Shown: piece after piece, positions 51,062 through 60,479 of the stretch
Layout of the letters: each line of letters begins with the position of its first letter
Numbering within the stretch: position 1 is the first letter of the stretch
From: an uncultured Acidimicrobiaceae bacterium
GTDB lineage: Bacteria > Actinomycetota > Acidimicrobiia > Acidimicrobiales > RAAP-2
DNA: 64,000 bases
Direction of reading: 5' to 3'
Assembly (NCBI GenBank): GCA_963753555.1
Contig: CAVWCV010000002.1
Coordinates: 103,821-167,820 of the forward strand
Notes under the pieces: generated by a model
Told to the model about the DNA's origin: nothing
What the model saw: only the letters and a program-made list of their open reading frames with translations
Database searches by the model: none
Position numbers and translations under genes: made by a program

Positions 51062-52735
51062 TTGACCGCCGTCGGCCTCGCCCTCGGCGACGCGGTCGAG
51101 CGGAACGTGCGGCCGGGGACGCGGTCCACGTGATGCTCGGGCACAGCCGCTGGACGGCCGCTGCCCGTGAGCTCATCCGCCAGCGATGGGGGAGCGACCC
51201 CGGGCTGACGCTGATCATGACCAGTCTGGGCGCGCTCGGAGCCGCCTTCTTCCGTGGCGGGCTCGTGCACAAGGTCGTCACCGCGTACTCGGGCAACAGC
51301 TTTCCGTCCTATGCGCCCAATCCCGTCTTCCAGCGCGGCTACCAGTCGGGGGAGGTGGAGGTCGAGCACTGGTCCATCCTCACCCTCGCCCAGCGTCTCG
51401 AGGCGGCCGCCAGGGGCTTGCCGGCCGTCGTCACCGGTTCGATCGCCGGATCGGACCTCGCCGCGAACCCGGGGTTCGCGACGGTCGACTCGCCGTTCGG
51501 CTCGATCGGTCTCCTCGGCCCGCTCGCGCCGGACGTGGCGCTCTGCCACGCCGCGGTCTCCGACGCCGACGGCAACCTCGCGCTCTCCGAACCGCTCCTC
51601 GAAGGGGTCTGGGGCGCGTGGGCGGCGCGCCGCGGAGTGGTGGCGACCGTCGAGCGAATCGTCGACGACCTGCCCGCGCTCGGTCACCGGGTGCACATCC
51701 CCGCGCACCGGGTCCTCGCGGTGGTCGAAGCGCCCTTCGGCGCCCATCCGGGCGGTTGCTACGCACCGGGGCTCCCTGTCCAGAGCTACGGCGAGGACAT
51801 CCCCTTCTGGATCGACGCCGCCGCGGCCGCGCGCGGGGACTTCGACGCGTGGGCACGGCGCCACCTGCTCGAACCCGCCGACCACGCCGCCTACCTCGCT
51901 GAGCTCGGCACCGAGCGCCTCGAGGGACTGCGCCGCCTCTCGGATCCGGAATCGTGGCGGCTCGACGCCGCAGCGAACCCGCTCCCCGAGGACGAGCCGG
52001 TGAGCGACTGGGAGGTCGCCGCCAGCCTCGGCGCACGCGAGGTCCAAGCGCTCGTCGCGGCGCACCGGGCCGACGCGGTGCTGGCCGGCGCCGGCGTGGC
52101 CAACCTCGCGGCGTGGGTGGCGGTCGGACGGGAGCGGGCGGCCGGGCGGCCGGTCCGTCTCACCGCCGAGCTCGGGCTCTGGGACTACACCCCGACGCCG
52201 GCGGACCCCTACATCTTCAACCACCGCGTCTTCCCGGGTACCTCGATGCTCGCAGACGCCTCGACGGTGCTCGGGATGGTCGTCGGCGGACCCGGCACCA
52301 CGACCATCGGGTGCCTCGGCGCGGCGGAGGTCGACCGGCAGGGGAACGTCAATTCGACGGCGCTCGCCGACGGGAGGTTCCTCGTCGGCTCCGGGGGTGC
52401 CAACGACGTGGTGAGCCGGGCGGCCGCCTGCGCCGTGGTGACCCTCGCCGGACCGCGTCGCCTGCCGGAGTCGGTCGCGTACGTGACCGCACCCGGCCGA
52501 CGCGTCACGAGCGTCGTGACCGACCGGGGCGTGCTCCGCCGCCTCGACGGGCGGTTACGGGTGGCCGCGGTCCCCGCCGGGGCGGAGCCGGTCGACGCAG
52601 CGGGTGCGGGCGATGGTCGCCGCGTGCGGATGGGATGCAGAGGTCGCCGGCGAGGTGGAAGAGCTCGACCCGGTCACCGAGGACGAGGTGCGGCAGCTGC
52701 GCGAGTTCGACCGCCGCCGTCAGTTCCTCGGATGA
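51062..52735 (+). pseudogene. fused A/B-subunit class I CoA-transferase (glutaconate-CoA-transferase-like), at least 2 frameshifts
   Basis: The N-terminus LTAVGLALGDAVERNVRPG (TTG at 51062) joins DAVHVMLGHS... of ORF 51130 across the GGGG run at 51115-51118. The B-like half contains GSGGANDV. The tail RAMVAACGWDAEV...LREFDRRRQFLG* ends at 52735 in another frame. Confidence 0.6.
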
Positions 52736-52898
52736 AGGCCGCCACTCGGACGCACCCGGACGCGCGGTCCGGACGGTGGCACCCGGTCCGCTCGGCCGGA
52801 GGGCGGACCAGGGAGGTTCGGGCGAGCCGGCCGCATGCGGTTCCTCGCTCCGTCGACGCGCGCACCCGGCCGGGCCTGGGTGAACGGCGGGGTCATGG

Positions 52899-52927
52899 TT
52901 GACATCACTAGCATGCGTGCCATAAGA
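52899..52927 (+). promoter_or_regulatory. candidate sigma-70-type promoter upstream of the ABC importer operon
   Basis: TTGACA (52899-52904), a 17-nt spacer, then ATAAGA (52922-52927). It sits about 85 nt upstream of the substrate-binding-protein gene start. Based on sequence resemblance only. Confidence 0.3.
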
Positions 52928-53011
52928 ACAGGCCCGACGTTCGGGCGAGCCACGGGGGGACGTCCCGACGACGATCCGGGCAGACGGGCCCGGCACAGAG
53001 AAAGAGCGGTC

Positions 53012-54349
53012 ATGGGGAGACACCGGGGGAGCTGGGTGGTGCCGGTCGTACTGGCACTGGGGGGTGCAGTCATCGCGGCGGGCTGCTCAAACAACTCGAG
53101 CGGATCGACGACCACGACGGGAGCATCGACGAGCTCCTCGACCTCGGGTAGCACTGCGACGACCTCGGGATCGAACGTGATCAAGGTCGGGGCCATCTCG
53201 ACCCTGTCGGGTGCGATCGCCTCGGACTTCAACGGCCTCGCCCCGGGCATCAAGGCCTACTTCAACCTGATCAACTCGCAGGGCGGCGTCGGCGGGCACA
53301 CGCTGTCGCTCGCCTATAACCTCGACGACGGCGGCAATCCGACCCAGTTCAACCAGCTCGCCCACACTCTCGTCGACCAGGACCACGCCTTCGCGGTGAT
53401 GGTGGCGTCCTTCTTCTTCAGCCCGAACTACTTCGTCTCGACCAAGACCCCGACCTACGGGTACAACGTGAGCGGCAACTGGGCGAACGCGGGCAACCTC
53501 TTCGCCGCGGGCGGCTCCGTGCAGGACTACTCGACCGCCATCGGCACCTACGCCTACTTCATGAAGCAGACCCACTCGAAGTCGGCTGCGGTCATCAGCT
53601 ACGGGCCGGCCATCTCCTCCTCCTACGACGCATGCTCGACCGCCGCCTCCGGCCTCAAGGCGGCCGGGTACAACGTGAGCTACGAGGACTACGGGGCACA
53701 ACTCGGCGGCAGCTACTCCTCTGCGGTGCAGAAGATCCAGCAGAACGGCTCCGACTTCGTCCTCAGCTGCATGCAGGAGTCGGACAACATCACCTTGTCC
53801 CGCGACATCCAGCAGTACGGACTGAAGATCCACCAGCTGTGGCTCAACGGCTACGACCGGTCGCTCCTGCACCAGTACCAGAGCCTGATGAGCGGGGTCT
53901 ACCTCAACATCAACGGTGCGGTGCCCTACGAGGCGGCGGGCGGCAAGTACGGCAACACCTATCCGGGGATGCAGCAGTACATCAGGGTGATGAACCAGTA
54001 CGAACCCTCCTTCACCTACAACGGAGTGGCGCTCACCGGGTGGCAGTCGGCGGCGCTGTTCGTCCAGGGACTTCAGAAGCTGATGGCGAGCAACATGCCC
54101 CTCACCCAGGCCAATCTGGTCAGCGTCACCAATACCATCACCAACGACAACGGCGCAGGGACGGCAACGGTGACCAAGTGGACCACCGCCCACACGACCG
54201 CCACCGGTCCGTTCTGCAGCGCCTTCGTCCAGGTCAAGGGCAGCCAGTTCGTGCCGGTCTTCGGAAAGGGCACCCAGGTCTTCGTCTGCCACTCCGGCAA
54301 CAACAGCTCGCAGTCGGTTCCCGCGCCGTCCGGCACCCCCGGCGCATGA
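53012..54349 (+). CDS. ABC transporter substrate-binding lipoprotein (LivJ / Peripla_BP_6-like)
   Basis: ORF 52835..54349(+), trimmed to the ATG at 53012. Has a signal peptide with lipobox LALGGAVIAAGCS, a Ser/Thr-rich linker, then IKVGAISTLSGAIASDF. Confidence 0.8.
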   Translation: MGRHRGSWVVPVVLALGGAVIAAGCSNNSSGSTTTTGASTSSSTSGSTATTSGSNVIKVGAISTLSGAIASDFNGLAPGIKAYFNLINSQGGVGGHTLSLAYNLDDGGNPTQFNQLAHTLVDQDHAFAVMVASFFFSPNYFVSTKTPTYGYNVSGNWANAGNLFAAGGSVQDYSTAIGTYAYFMKQTHSKSAAVISYGPAISSSYDACSTAASGLKAAGYNVSYEDYGAQLGGSYSSAVQKIQQNGSDFVLSCMQESDNITLSRDIQQYGLKIHQLWLNGYDRSLLHQYQSLMSGVYLNINGAVPYEAAGGKYGNTYPGMQQYIRVMNQYEPSFTYNGVALTGWQSAALFVQGLQKLMASNMPLTQANLVSVTNTITNDNGAGTATVTKWTTAHTTATGPFCSAFVQVKGSQFVPVFGKGTQVFVCHSGNNSSQSVPAPSGTPGA

Positions 54350-54393
54350 CCGAACCCGCCGCCGGATTCCGGTAGGCGTCGGGGGGCAGGAAC

Positions 54394-56433
54394 ATGGAGC
54401 ACTTCCTCGGCTACGCGATCCCGGGCATCCCCTACGGATGCACCTACGCGATGATGGCGGTGGGCCTCGTGCTCACCTACCAGGCGACGGGGGTGTTCAA
54501 CTTTGCCTTCGGCGCCCAGGCCTTCGTCTCGGCGTTCGTCTTCACCCTGCTCGTGCAGAACGAGAACCTCCCGGTCTGGCTCGCGTTCGTCATCTCGGTC
54601 GTCCTCGTCGCCCCGGCACTCGGGCTGGTCTTCGATCGGTTCCTGTTCCGGAGGATCCCCAGCTCGAACACGATGGCTAAGCTGATCACCGGGATCACGC
54701 TCTTCGTCGGCATCCCCGCGCTCATCCCGGTGATCTTCGGGACCAATAACCAGTACAACCCGCCGGCGATCCTCTTCAACCCGAACGTCGTCTACTTCCG
54801 GATCGCCGGATCCCCGATCAACGGCATCGACCTCGCGACGGTGGTGTCGACCGCGGTGGTGCTCCTCGCCCTGGTGCTGCTGATGCGCTTCACCCCGCTC
54901 GGCCTCCAGATGCGCGGCGCGGTGGAGAGCCGGCGCCTGGTCCAGCTGGACGGAGTCAACGCCGGTCGGGTGATCGCCTCGGCCTGGGCGATCTCGAGCT
55001 TCATGGCCGGGCTGGCCGGAGTCCTGCTCGCGCCCCTCTACGGCCAGCTGCAGTCCGACGACTACGCCACCCTGGTCGTGGCGGCATTCGCCGCGGCCGC
55101 CTGGGCCGTCCTGCGGTCCATGCCGATCGCGGTGCTCGTCGGGATCGTGATGGGCGTCCTCTCCGAGGTCCTCCAGGGCTACCTCCCCGCCTCGAGCGTC
55201 TGGTCCTCGGCGGTGTTCACCTCGCTGCCCTTCGTGGTGCTGGTCGCGGCGCTCCTCGTGGTGCCGGGGCTCCGGAAGCTCGACGAGGCCAAAGACCCCC
55301 TCGCCTCGGTCGACCCGCCGCCGCCGCCCACCACCGCCAAGCTGCGCGCGCCCCAGATGGACCGGATCATCCGGATCCTTTGGTACGTGCTGCTCGCGGC
55401 CTTCATCGTCTCGATGCTCACCTGGATGCCGAAGACCTGGGAGAACGTCTTCAACTCCGGGGTGGCCTTCTCGACGATCTTCCTCTCGATCACCCTGATC
55501 ACCGGCATGGGCGGTCAGCTTTCCCTCTGCCAGGCCACGCTCGCCGGCGTCGGCGCGTTCACTGCGGCGCAGCTCGCCAACCATCTGGGCTTCGGCCTGC
55601 TCGTCGGGGGCCTGATCGGTGCCGTCGCGGCGGCGGCGGTCGCGACCGTCCTCGCGCTGATGTCGCTTCGATTGCGCGGCCTCGGCCTCGCCCTCATGAC
55701 CATCGCGGCCGCGCTCTTCTTCGACACGGCGATCTTCCCGCAGATCACCAACAGCAACGGCTCGCCGCTCAACGTGCAACCCAAGTGGGTCGGCCTCGGC
55801 ATCCTCAATCCCAACGGCCACGCCTACTTCGTGATGGCGATGATCGTCATGGTGGTGTGCATCTTCGGCGTGCTGCTCGTGCGACGGGGCACCTACGGCC
55901 GGTTCCTCACCGCCATGCGGGGAAGTGAGACCGCGGCCGCGGGGCTCGGGATCAACCTCACCTGGCAGCGGGTGATGGTCTTCGCCCTGTCGGGGATCGT
56001 TGCCGGGGTCGGCGGCACGCTGCTCGCCATCCAGCAGCAGTCGGTCAACACGGCCGAGTTCAACTACGAGATCTCGCTGGCATTCGTGGTGATCGTCGTC
56101 ACCACCGGGGTCAGCACCATCGAAGGCGCACTCCAGGCGGGTTTCTCCTTCGTCGTCATCCAGCAGCTGCTCACCTACCTGCCGAGCCGCTTCGGTGGCA
56201 ACAGCCTCACCTTCGTGCTCTTCGCGGTCGGGTCGCTGACCTACGCGGCCCACCCCGAAGGGGTCCTCGAGTACAACAAACGCCGCTGGACCCTCCGCTT
56301 CGAGCGACTGTTCTTCCAACCGGAGGCCGACGGGTCGACCTTCCACACGGGCCTCGCCGGCCACGACGACGGCGATGGGCACCCGGGCGGGCTGGGCGAG
56401 GCCCAGCCGGTGGCGAGCGAGCACGGCGGGTAG
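54394..56433 (+). CDS. fused LivH/LivM-type branched-chain-amino-acid-family ABC permease
   Basis: ORF 54394..56433(+), 679 aa, highly hydrophobic. It has two permease halves, an N-terminal LivH-like half and a C-terminal LivM-like half containing GMGGQLSLCQATLAGVGAF. Confidence 0.8.
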   Translation: MEHFLGYAIPGIPYGCTYAMMAVGLVLTYQATGVFNFAFGAQAFVSAFVFTLLVQNENLPVWLAFVISVVLVAPALGLVFDRFLFRRIPSSNTMAKLITGITLFVGIPALIPVIFGTNNQYNPPAILFNPNVVYFRIAGSPINGIDLATVVSTAVVLLALVLLMRFTPLGLQMRGAVESRRLVQLDGVNAGRVIASAWAISSFMAGLAGVLLAPLYGQLQSDDYATLVVAAFAAAAWAVLRSMPIAVLVGIVMGVLSEVLQGYLPASSVWSSAVFTSLPFVVLVAALLVVPGLRKLDEAKDPLASVDPPPPPTTAKLRAPQMDRIIRILWYVLLAAFIVSMLTWMPKTWENVFNSGVAFSTIFLSITLITGMGGQLSLCQATLAGVGAFTAAQLANHLGFGLLVGGLIGAVAAAAVATVLALMSLRLRGLGLALMTIAAALFFDTAIFPQITNSNGSPLNVQPKWVGLGILNPNGHAYFVMAMIVMVVCIFGVLLVRRGTYGRFLTAMRGSETAAAGLGINLTWQRVMVFALSGIVAGVGGTLLAIQQQSVNTAEFNYEISLAFVVIVVTTGVSTIEGALQAGFSFVVIQQLLTYLPSRFGGNSLTFVLFAVGSLTYAAHPEGVLEYNKRRWTLRFERLFFQPEADGSTFHTGLAGHDDGDGHPGGLGEAQPVASEHGG

Positions 56434-56442
56434 GCGGCCGGC

Positions 56443-57249
56443 ATGACCGAGGTGATGGACGGCACGGTCGGACCGGCTCCGGCCGCGGGCGAGCCGCTGC
56501 TGCGGGTGACAGGTGTGTCCAAGTCCTTCGGGGGCATCGCAGCGGTGACCGGGGTGAGCCTCGAGGTCGAGGCCGGCGAGAGTGTGGGCCTGGTGGGTCC
56601 GAACGGGGCAGGCAAGACCACCTTGTTCAATTGCATCTGCGGCCAGCTCCGCCCCGAGCGCGGGAGCGTCGAGCTGGCCGGGACCGAGGTGCTCGGTCTC
56701 CCGACCTACAAGCGGGCGCGGCTCGGGATCAGCCGCACCTACCAGCGGGTCGAGATCTTCCCCGACATGACCGTCGAGGAGCACCTGATGGTGGCGGTCC
56801 GGGCCGGAGAACGCCGTAGCCAGCTCTGGCGCGACCTCTGCAACCTGAGCGCACCCACCGCCGAGGAGACGGCCCGGGTCCACGCGGTGCTCGAGCTCAT
56901 CGGCATCGAGGAGCAGGCGTCGACGCCGGTCTCCGCCCTCGGGCTCGGCTCCTGCCGCCTGGTGGAGCTCGGCCGGGCTCTCGTGTCCGAACCGATCCTT
57001 CTGCTCGCGGACGAGCCCTCCTCCGGCCTCGACATCCGGGAAACCCACGACCTCGCCCAGGTCCTGCGCCGGCTGCAGCGCGAGCACGGGATGGCGATGC
57101 TGCTCGTCGAGCACGACCTCGGTATGGTCGGTGAAGTGGTGGACCGGACGGTCGTGATGAACCTCGGGGAGGTCATCGCCGAGGGCGCGTTCGACGACGT
57201 GATGGCCGATCCCGACGTGCGCCGCGCCTATCTCGGGGTCAGCGGATGA
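56443..57249 (+). CDS. ABC transporter ATP-binding protein (LivG-like)
   Basis: ORF 56443..57249(+). Has Walker A GPNGAGKTT and Walker B LLLADEPSSGL. Confidence 0.85.
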   Translation: MTEVMDGTVGPAPAAGEPLLRVTGVSKSFGGIAAVTGVSLEVEAGESVGLVGPNGAGKTTLFNCICGQLRPERGSVELAGTEVLGLPTYKRARLGISRTYQRVEIFPDMTVEEHLMVAVRAGERRSQLWRDLCNLSAPTAEETARVHAVLELIGIEEQASTPVSALGLGSCRLVELGRALVSEPILLLADEPSSGLDIRETHDLAQVLRRLQREHGMAMLLVEHDLGMVGEVVDRTVVMNLGEVIAEGAFDDVMADPDVRRAYLGVSG

Positions 57250-58187
57250 GCGGCGTCGGTCCCGCGAGTTCCGGCGACACCGCGACCGCCGACCCGGACG
57301 CGGACCGGCAGCACCCCGCGCTCGAGGTCGACCACGTCAGCGCGAGCTACGGGCCGTACCGGGCCCTCTTCGACGTGAGCTTCGGGGTGCCGGCGTCGGG
57401 CATCACCGCCCTGATCGGTTCGAACGGCGCGGGGAAGTCGACCGTGTCGCGGGTGGTCACCGGCTTGCTGCCCTCGACCGCCGGCAGCCTGCGGCTGTCC
57501 GGACGAGACGTGACCGGGCTGCCGGCCTACAAGATCGCCCGGGCCGGTGCGGCCCACGTGCCCGAGGGCCGAGGGGTCTTCGCCAGCCTGACGGTGGAGG
57601 AGAACCTCAAGCTGGCCTTCCGCCAGCGCGGTGGCCGCAAGCGCGTCCCGGAATCGCTCGAGCGGGCCTACGAGGCGTTCCCCATCCTCGGCTCGCGCCG
57701 TCGCCAGGCCGGGGGCACACTCTCGGGTGGCGAGCAGCGGATCCTCTCGCTCGCGAAGGTCCTCATCGTGCCGCCCCGCCTCCTCGTGGCGGACGAGATC
57801 TCGCTCGGGCTCGCCCCGGTGATGATCGACGCGGTCTACGACGGCCTCCGGCGCATCAACGGCGCCGACACCGCCCTGCTCATCGTCGAGCAGCAGGTCG
57901 ACCGGGTCCTCGACATCGCATCCGAGGCCGTGGTGCTCGAACACGGCGCCGTCGCCTACCGTGGCGCGGCGAGCGGTGCACTCGCCGCGGTCGAGAAGGT
58001 GCTCGCCGCACGCGGAGACCAGGCGACCCTCGCCGCGTCGAACGGTTCGGCCGCGCCGATCGGGTCCGAGTCCCGCGGGGGCGGGAGGACCCGCCGGCAC
58101 TGGCGCCGGACCCGCAACGGGGACACCGCGCCGGGGCCGGAGGCACCGGCAGACGGAGGGCGCGAGGGAGAGGAGACGGCAACGTGA
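57246..58187 (+). CDS. ABC transporter ATP-binding protein (LivF-like) with a ~70-aa low-complexity C-terminal extension
   Basis: ORF 57246..58187(+), with an ATGA overlap with the upstream gene. Has Walker A GSNGAGKST, the signature LSGGEQRIL, and Walker B LLVADEISLGL. Confidence 0.85.
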   Translation: MSGVGPASSGDTATADPDADRQHPALEVDHVSASYGPYRALFDVSFGVPASGITALIGSNGAGKSTVSRVVTGLLPSTAGSLRLSGRDVTGLPAYKIARAGAAHVPEGRGVFASLTVEENLKLAFRQRGGRKRVPESLERAYEAFPILGSRRRQAGGTLSGGEQRILSLAKVLIVPPRLLVADEISLGLAPVMIDAVYDGLRRINGADTALLIVEQQVDRVLDIASEAVVLEHGAVAYRGAASGALAAVEKVLAARGDQATLAASNGSAAPIGSESRGGGRTRRHWRRTRNGDTAPGPEAPADGGREGEETAT

Positions 58188-59371
58188 CCGAGCGAGACGC
58201 AGTGGTGGTGGACACCGTCCGGACCACCATGGGCAAGCGGGGCGGCGCTCTTTCCAATTGGCATCCAGCCGACCTGCTCGGGTTCGCCCTCCGCACACTG
58301 CTCGACCGCACCGGGGTCGACCCCGAGCGGATTGACGACGTGGTCGGCGGGTGCGTGACCCAGGTCGGCGAGCAGAGCACCAACGTGACCCGCAACGGGT
58401 GGGTGTCCGCGGGCCTGCCACAACAGGTCCCGGCCACCACGGTGGACCGCCAGTGCGGCTCGTCCCAGCAGGCGATCCACTTCGCCGCGGCGGGGGTGAA
58501 GGCGGGCCACTACGACCTGGTGATCGCCTGCGGCGTCGAGACGATGACACGGGTGCCGCTCGCCTCGAACGCCCGAGGGGGGACCGGCCCGTTCCCGCCG
58601 TCGTTCATGGAGCAGATCGACGGACGCCTGTGGACCCAGTTCCGCGTCTCCCAGGTGCTCGCCGACCGCTGGGGCATCAGCCGGGCCGAGATGGACGAGT
58701 ACTCGCTCGAGAGCCACCGGCGGGCAGCGGCCGCCTGGGACGACGGCTCCTTCAAGGCCGAGTCGATCGCGGTGCCGCTGAAGGACGAGGACGGCGCGCG
58801 GACCGGCGGTGTGCTCGAGCAGGACGAGGGGATCCGCCGCAACGGCTCGATGGAGGGGCTGGCCGCCCTCCCGCCGGCACAGCACTGGGAACCGCACACG
58901 GCCCCCGACATCACGGCCGGCAACTCGTCGCAGATGACCGACGGCGCGGCGGCGATGCTCGTCGCCGAGCGGTCGGTCGCCGAGTCCCTCGGGCTGCCGG
59001 TTCGCGCCCGAGTCGCCCACGCGACGGTCGCGGCGGAGGACGCGGCCATCGTGCTGTCGGCACCGGTCCCGGCGACCGAGCGGCTCCTCCAGCGCTCGGG
59101 CATGACCGTCGACCAGTTCGACGCGATCGAGTGCAACGAGGCGTTCGCCGCCATCCCGCTCATGTGGAACCGCGCGTTCCATGCTGATCCCGAACGGCTG
59201 AACCCGGTCGGTGGGGCGATCGCGATCGGCCATCCGCTCGGCGCGAGCGGCGTGCGGCTCGCCACGACGTTGCTCAACCGGCTCGACGCGATCGGCGGTC
59301 GATACGGTTTCCAGACCATGTGCGAGGGCGGGGGACAGGCCAACGCCACCGTCTTCGAACGTCTCGGCTGA
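58184..59371 (+). CDS. acetyl-CoA C-acyltransferase (thiolase)
   Basis: ORF 58184..59371(+), with a GTGA overlap with the ABC ATPase. Has the active-site DRQCGSSQQAI, NEAFA, and C-terminal MCEGGGQANA. Confidence 0.85.
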   Translation: MTERDAVVVDTVRTTMGKRGGALSNWHPADLLGFALRTLLDRTGVDPERIDDVVGGCVTQVGEQSTNVTRNGWVSAGLPQQVPATTVDRQCGSSQQAIHFAAAGVKAGHYDLVIACGVETMTRVPLASNARGGTGPFPPSFMEQIDGRLWTQFRVSQVLADRWGISRAEMDEYSLESHRRAAAAWDDGSFKAESIAVPLKDEDGARTGGVLEQDEGIRRNGSMEGLAALPPAQHWEPHTAPDITAGNSSQMTDGAAAMLVAERSVAESLGLPVRARVAHATVAAEDAAIVLSAPVPATERLLQRSGMTVDQFDAIECNEAFAAIPLMWNRAFHADPERLNPVGGAIAIGHPLGASGVRLATTLLNRLDAIGGRYGFQTMCEGGGQANATVFERLG

Positions 59372-59413
59372 CCGGCGCTCGGGCGGACCGGTGCTCGCAG
59401 GGCCGCCCTCAGG

Positions 59414-60061
59414 GTGGGGTGGCGTGCAGTGAGCGTCTGGGAGGACCAGGTGCTGCCGCGCCTGATCGATCGGCTTCTCGCGTCGCGAGAGGTGGGACGG
59501 CACCGCCGCCGGGCGACGGAGGGACTGAGCGGAACGGTGGTCGAGGTCGGCTTCGGCTCCGGCCTCAACGTGCCCTACTATCCCGACGCGGTCACCGAGC
59601 TGCTCGCGGTCGAGCCGTCCGGCGTCGCCCGGCGGCTGAGCGAGAAGCGGGTCGAGCAGTCGAAGGTGGTCGTGCGCCAGATCGGGCTCGACGGCCAGCA
59701 CATCCCCCTGGGGGACGGCTCCGTCGACGCCGCGCTCTCCACGTTCACGCTGTGCACGATCCCCGACGCTGGTGCGGCGCTCGCCGAGATCCGGCGGGTG
59801 CTGCGGCCGGGTGGACGGCTGCACTTCCTCGAGCACGGGCTCGCACCCGATCCGAAGACCGCCCGGCGTCAGCGCCGGTGGAACGGTTTCCAGCAGCGTG
59901 TCGGGGGCGGCTGCAACCTCAACCGTGCGATCGACCGCCTCGTCCTCGACGCGGGATTCGAGGTCGACGAGCTGCGCAACGAGTGGATGCGGGGTCCGTC
60001 GGCGCTCAAACCCTGGAACTACCTCTACACGGGTGTCGCGATCTCGCCGTCGGCGCGGTGA
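59414..60061 (+). CDS. class I SAM-dependent methyltransferase
   Basis: ORF 59414..60061(+). Has motif I VVEVGFGSGLN and LRPGGRLHFLEH. The exact start is uncertain. Confidence 0.7.
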   Translation: MGWRAVSVWEDQVLPRLIDRLLASREVGRHRRRATEGLSGTVVEVGFGSGLNVPYYPDAVTELLAVEPSGVARRLSEKRVEQSKVVVRQIGLDGQHIPLGDGSVDAALSTFTLCTIPDAGAALAEIRRVLRPGGRLHFLEHGLAPDPKTARRQRRWNGFQQRVGGGCNLNRAIDRLVLDAGFEVDELRNEWMRGPSALKPWNYLYTGVAISPSAR

Positions 60062-60243
60062 GCGGGCGGCTGCCGGTGACGATCGGGGCGTGCGAGGCGC
60101 TCGAAGTGGTCCCCGAGCTGGGACGACGTGATCGGTTGCGCCGCGGCGGACCTCCGATGGCAGGCGAGGATCGCCGGCGCTACTCTGCCGCGGGCGTGAC
60201 CGCGCGTGGGGCGGTCGGCGGTCGTTCCAGGGAGGTCGGCAAG

Positions 60244-60426
60244 GTGGGCGGTGGGCAAGCAGACCCGAGGTGCCCGAGCTGTGGATCCTCCGACCCCCCG
60301 ACGCTGGTGGTCCGGGGGACGGGTCTGAAGGAGCCGTCGGTCGGCGAGCACAGCGTCGTGCTCCGCTGTCGCTTGTGCCGGCGTGAGTGGTCGGAGCGCC
60401 GCAGCGGCCGGCGCCAGGCTTCCTAG
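60244..60426 (+). CDS. small (60 aa) putative zinc-ribbon protein
   Basis: A GTG at 60244 is preceded by GGAGG. The protein carries CPSCG...CRLCRREW (CxxC...CxxC). No family was recognised. Confidence 0.35.
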   Translation: MGGGQADPRCPSCGSSDPPTLVVRGTGLKEPSVGEHSVVLRCRLCRREWSERRSGRRQAS

Positions 60427-60479
60427 TCCGGGACGACGACGCTGCGCCCGGGACGACGACGCGAGCTGCGGACCGCTCG

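Noticed and set aside
54073-57114. A 1013-aa ORF on the minus strand.
   Set aside because: It is fully antisense to the ABC permease and ATPase genes, which carry clear Walker and transmembrane features. Its translation is Arg/Asp/Glu/His/Gly low-complexity with no recognisable motif. This is the typical spurious antisense ORF of a high-GC genome.
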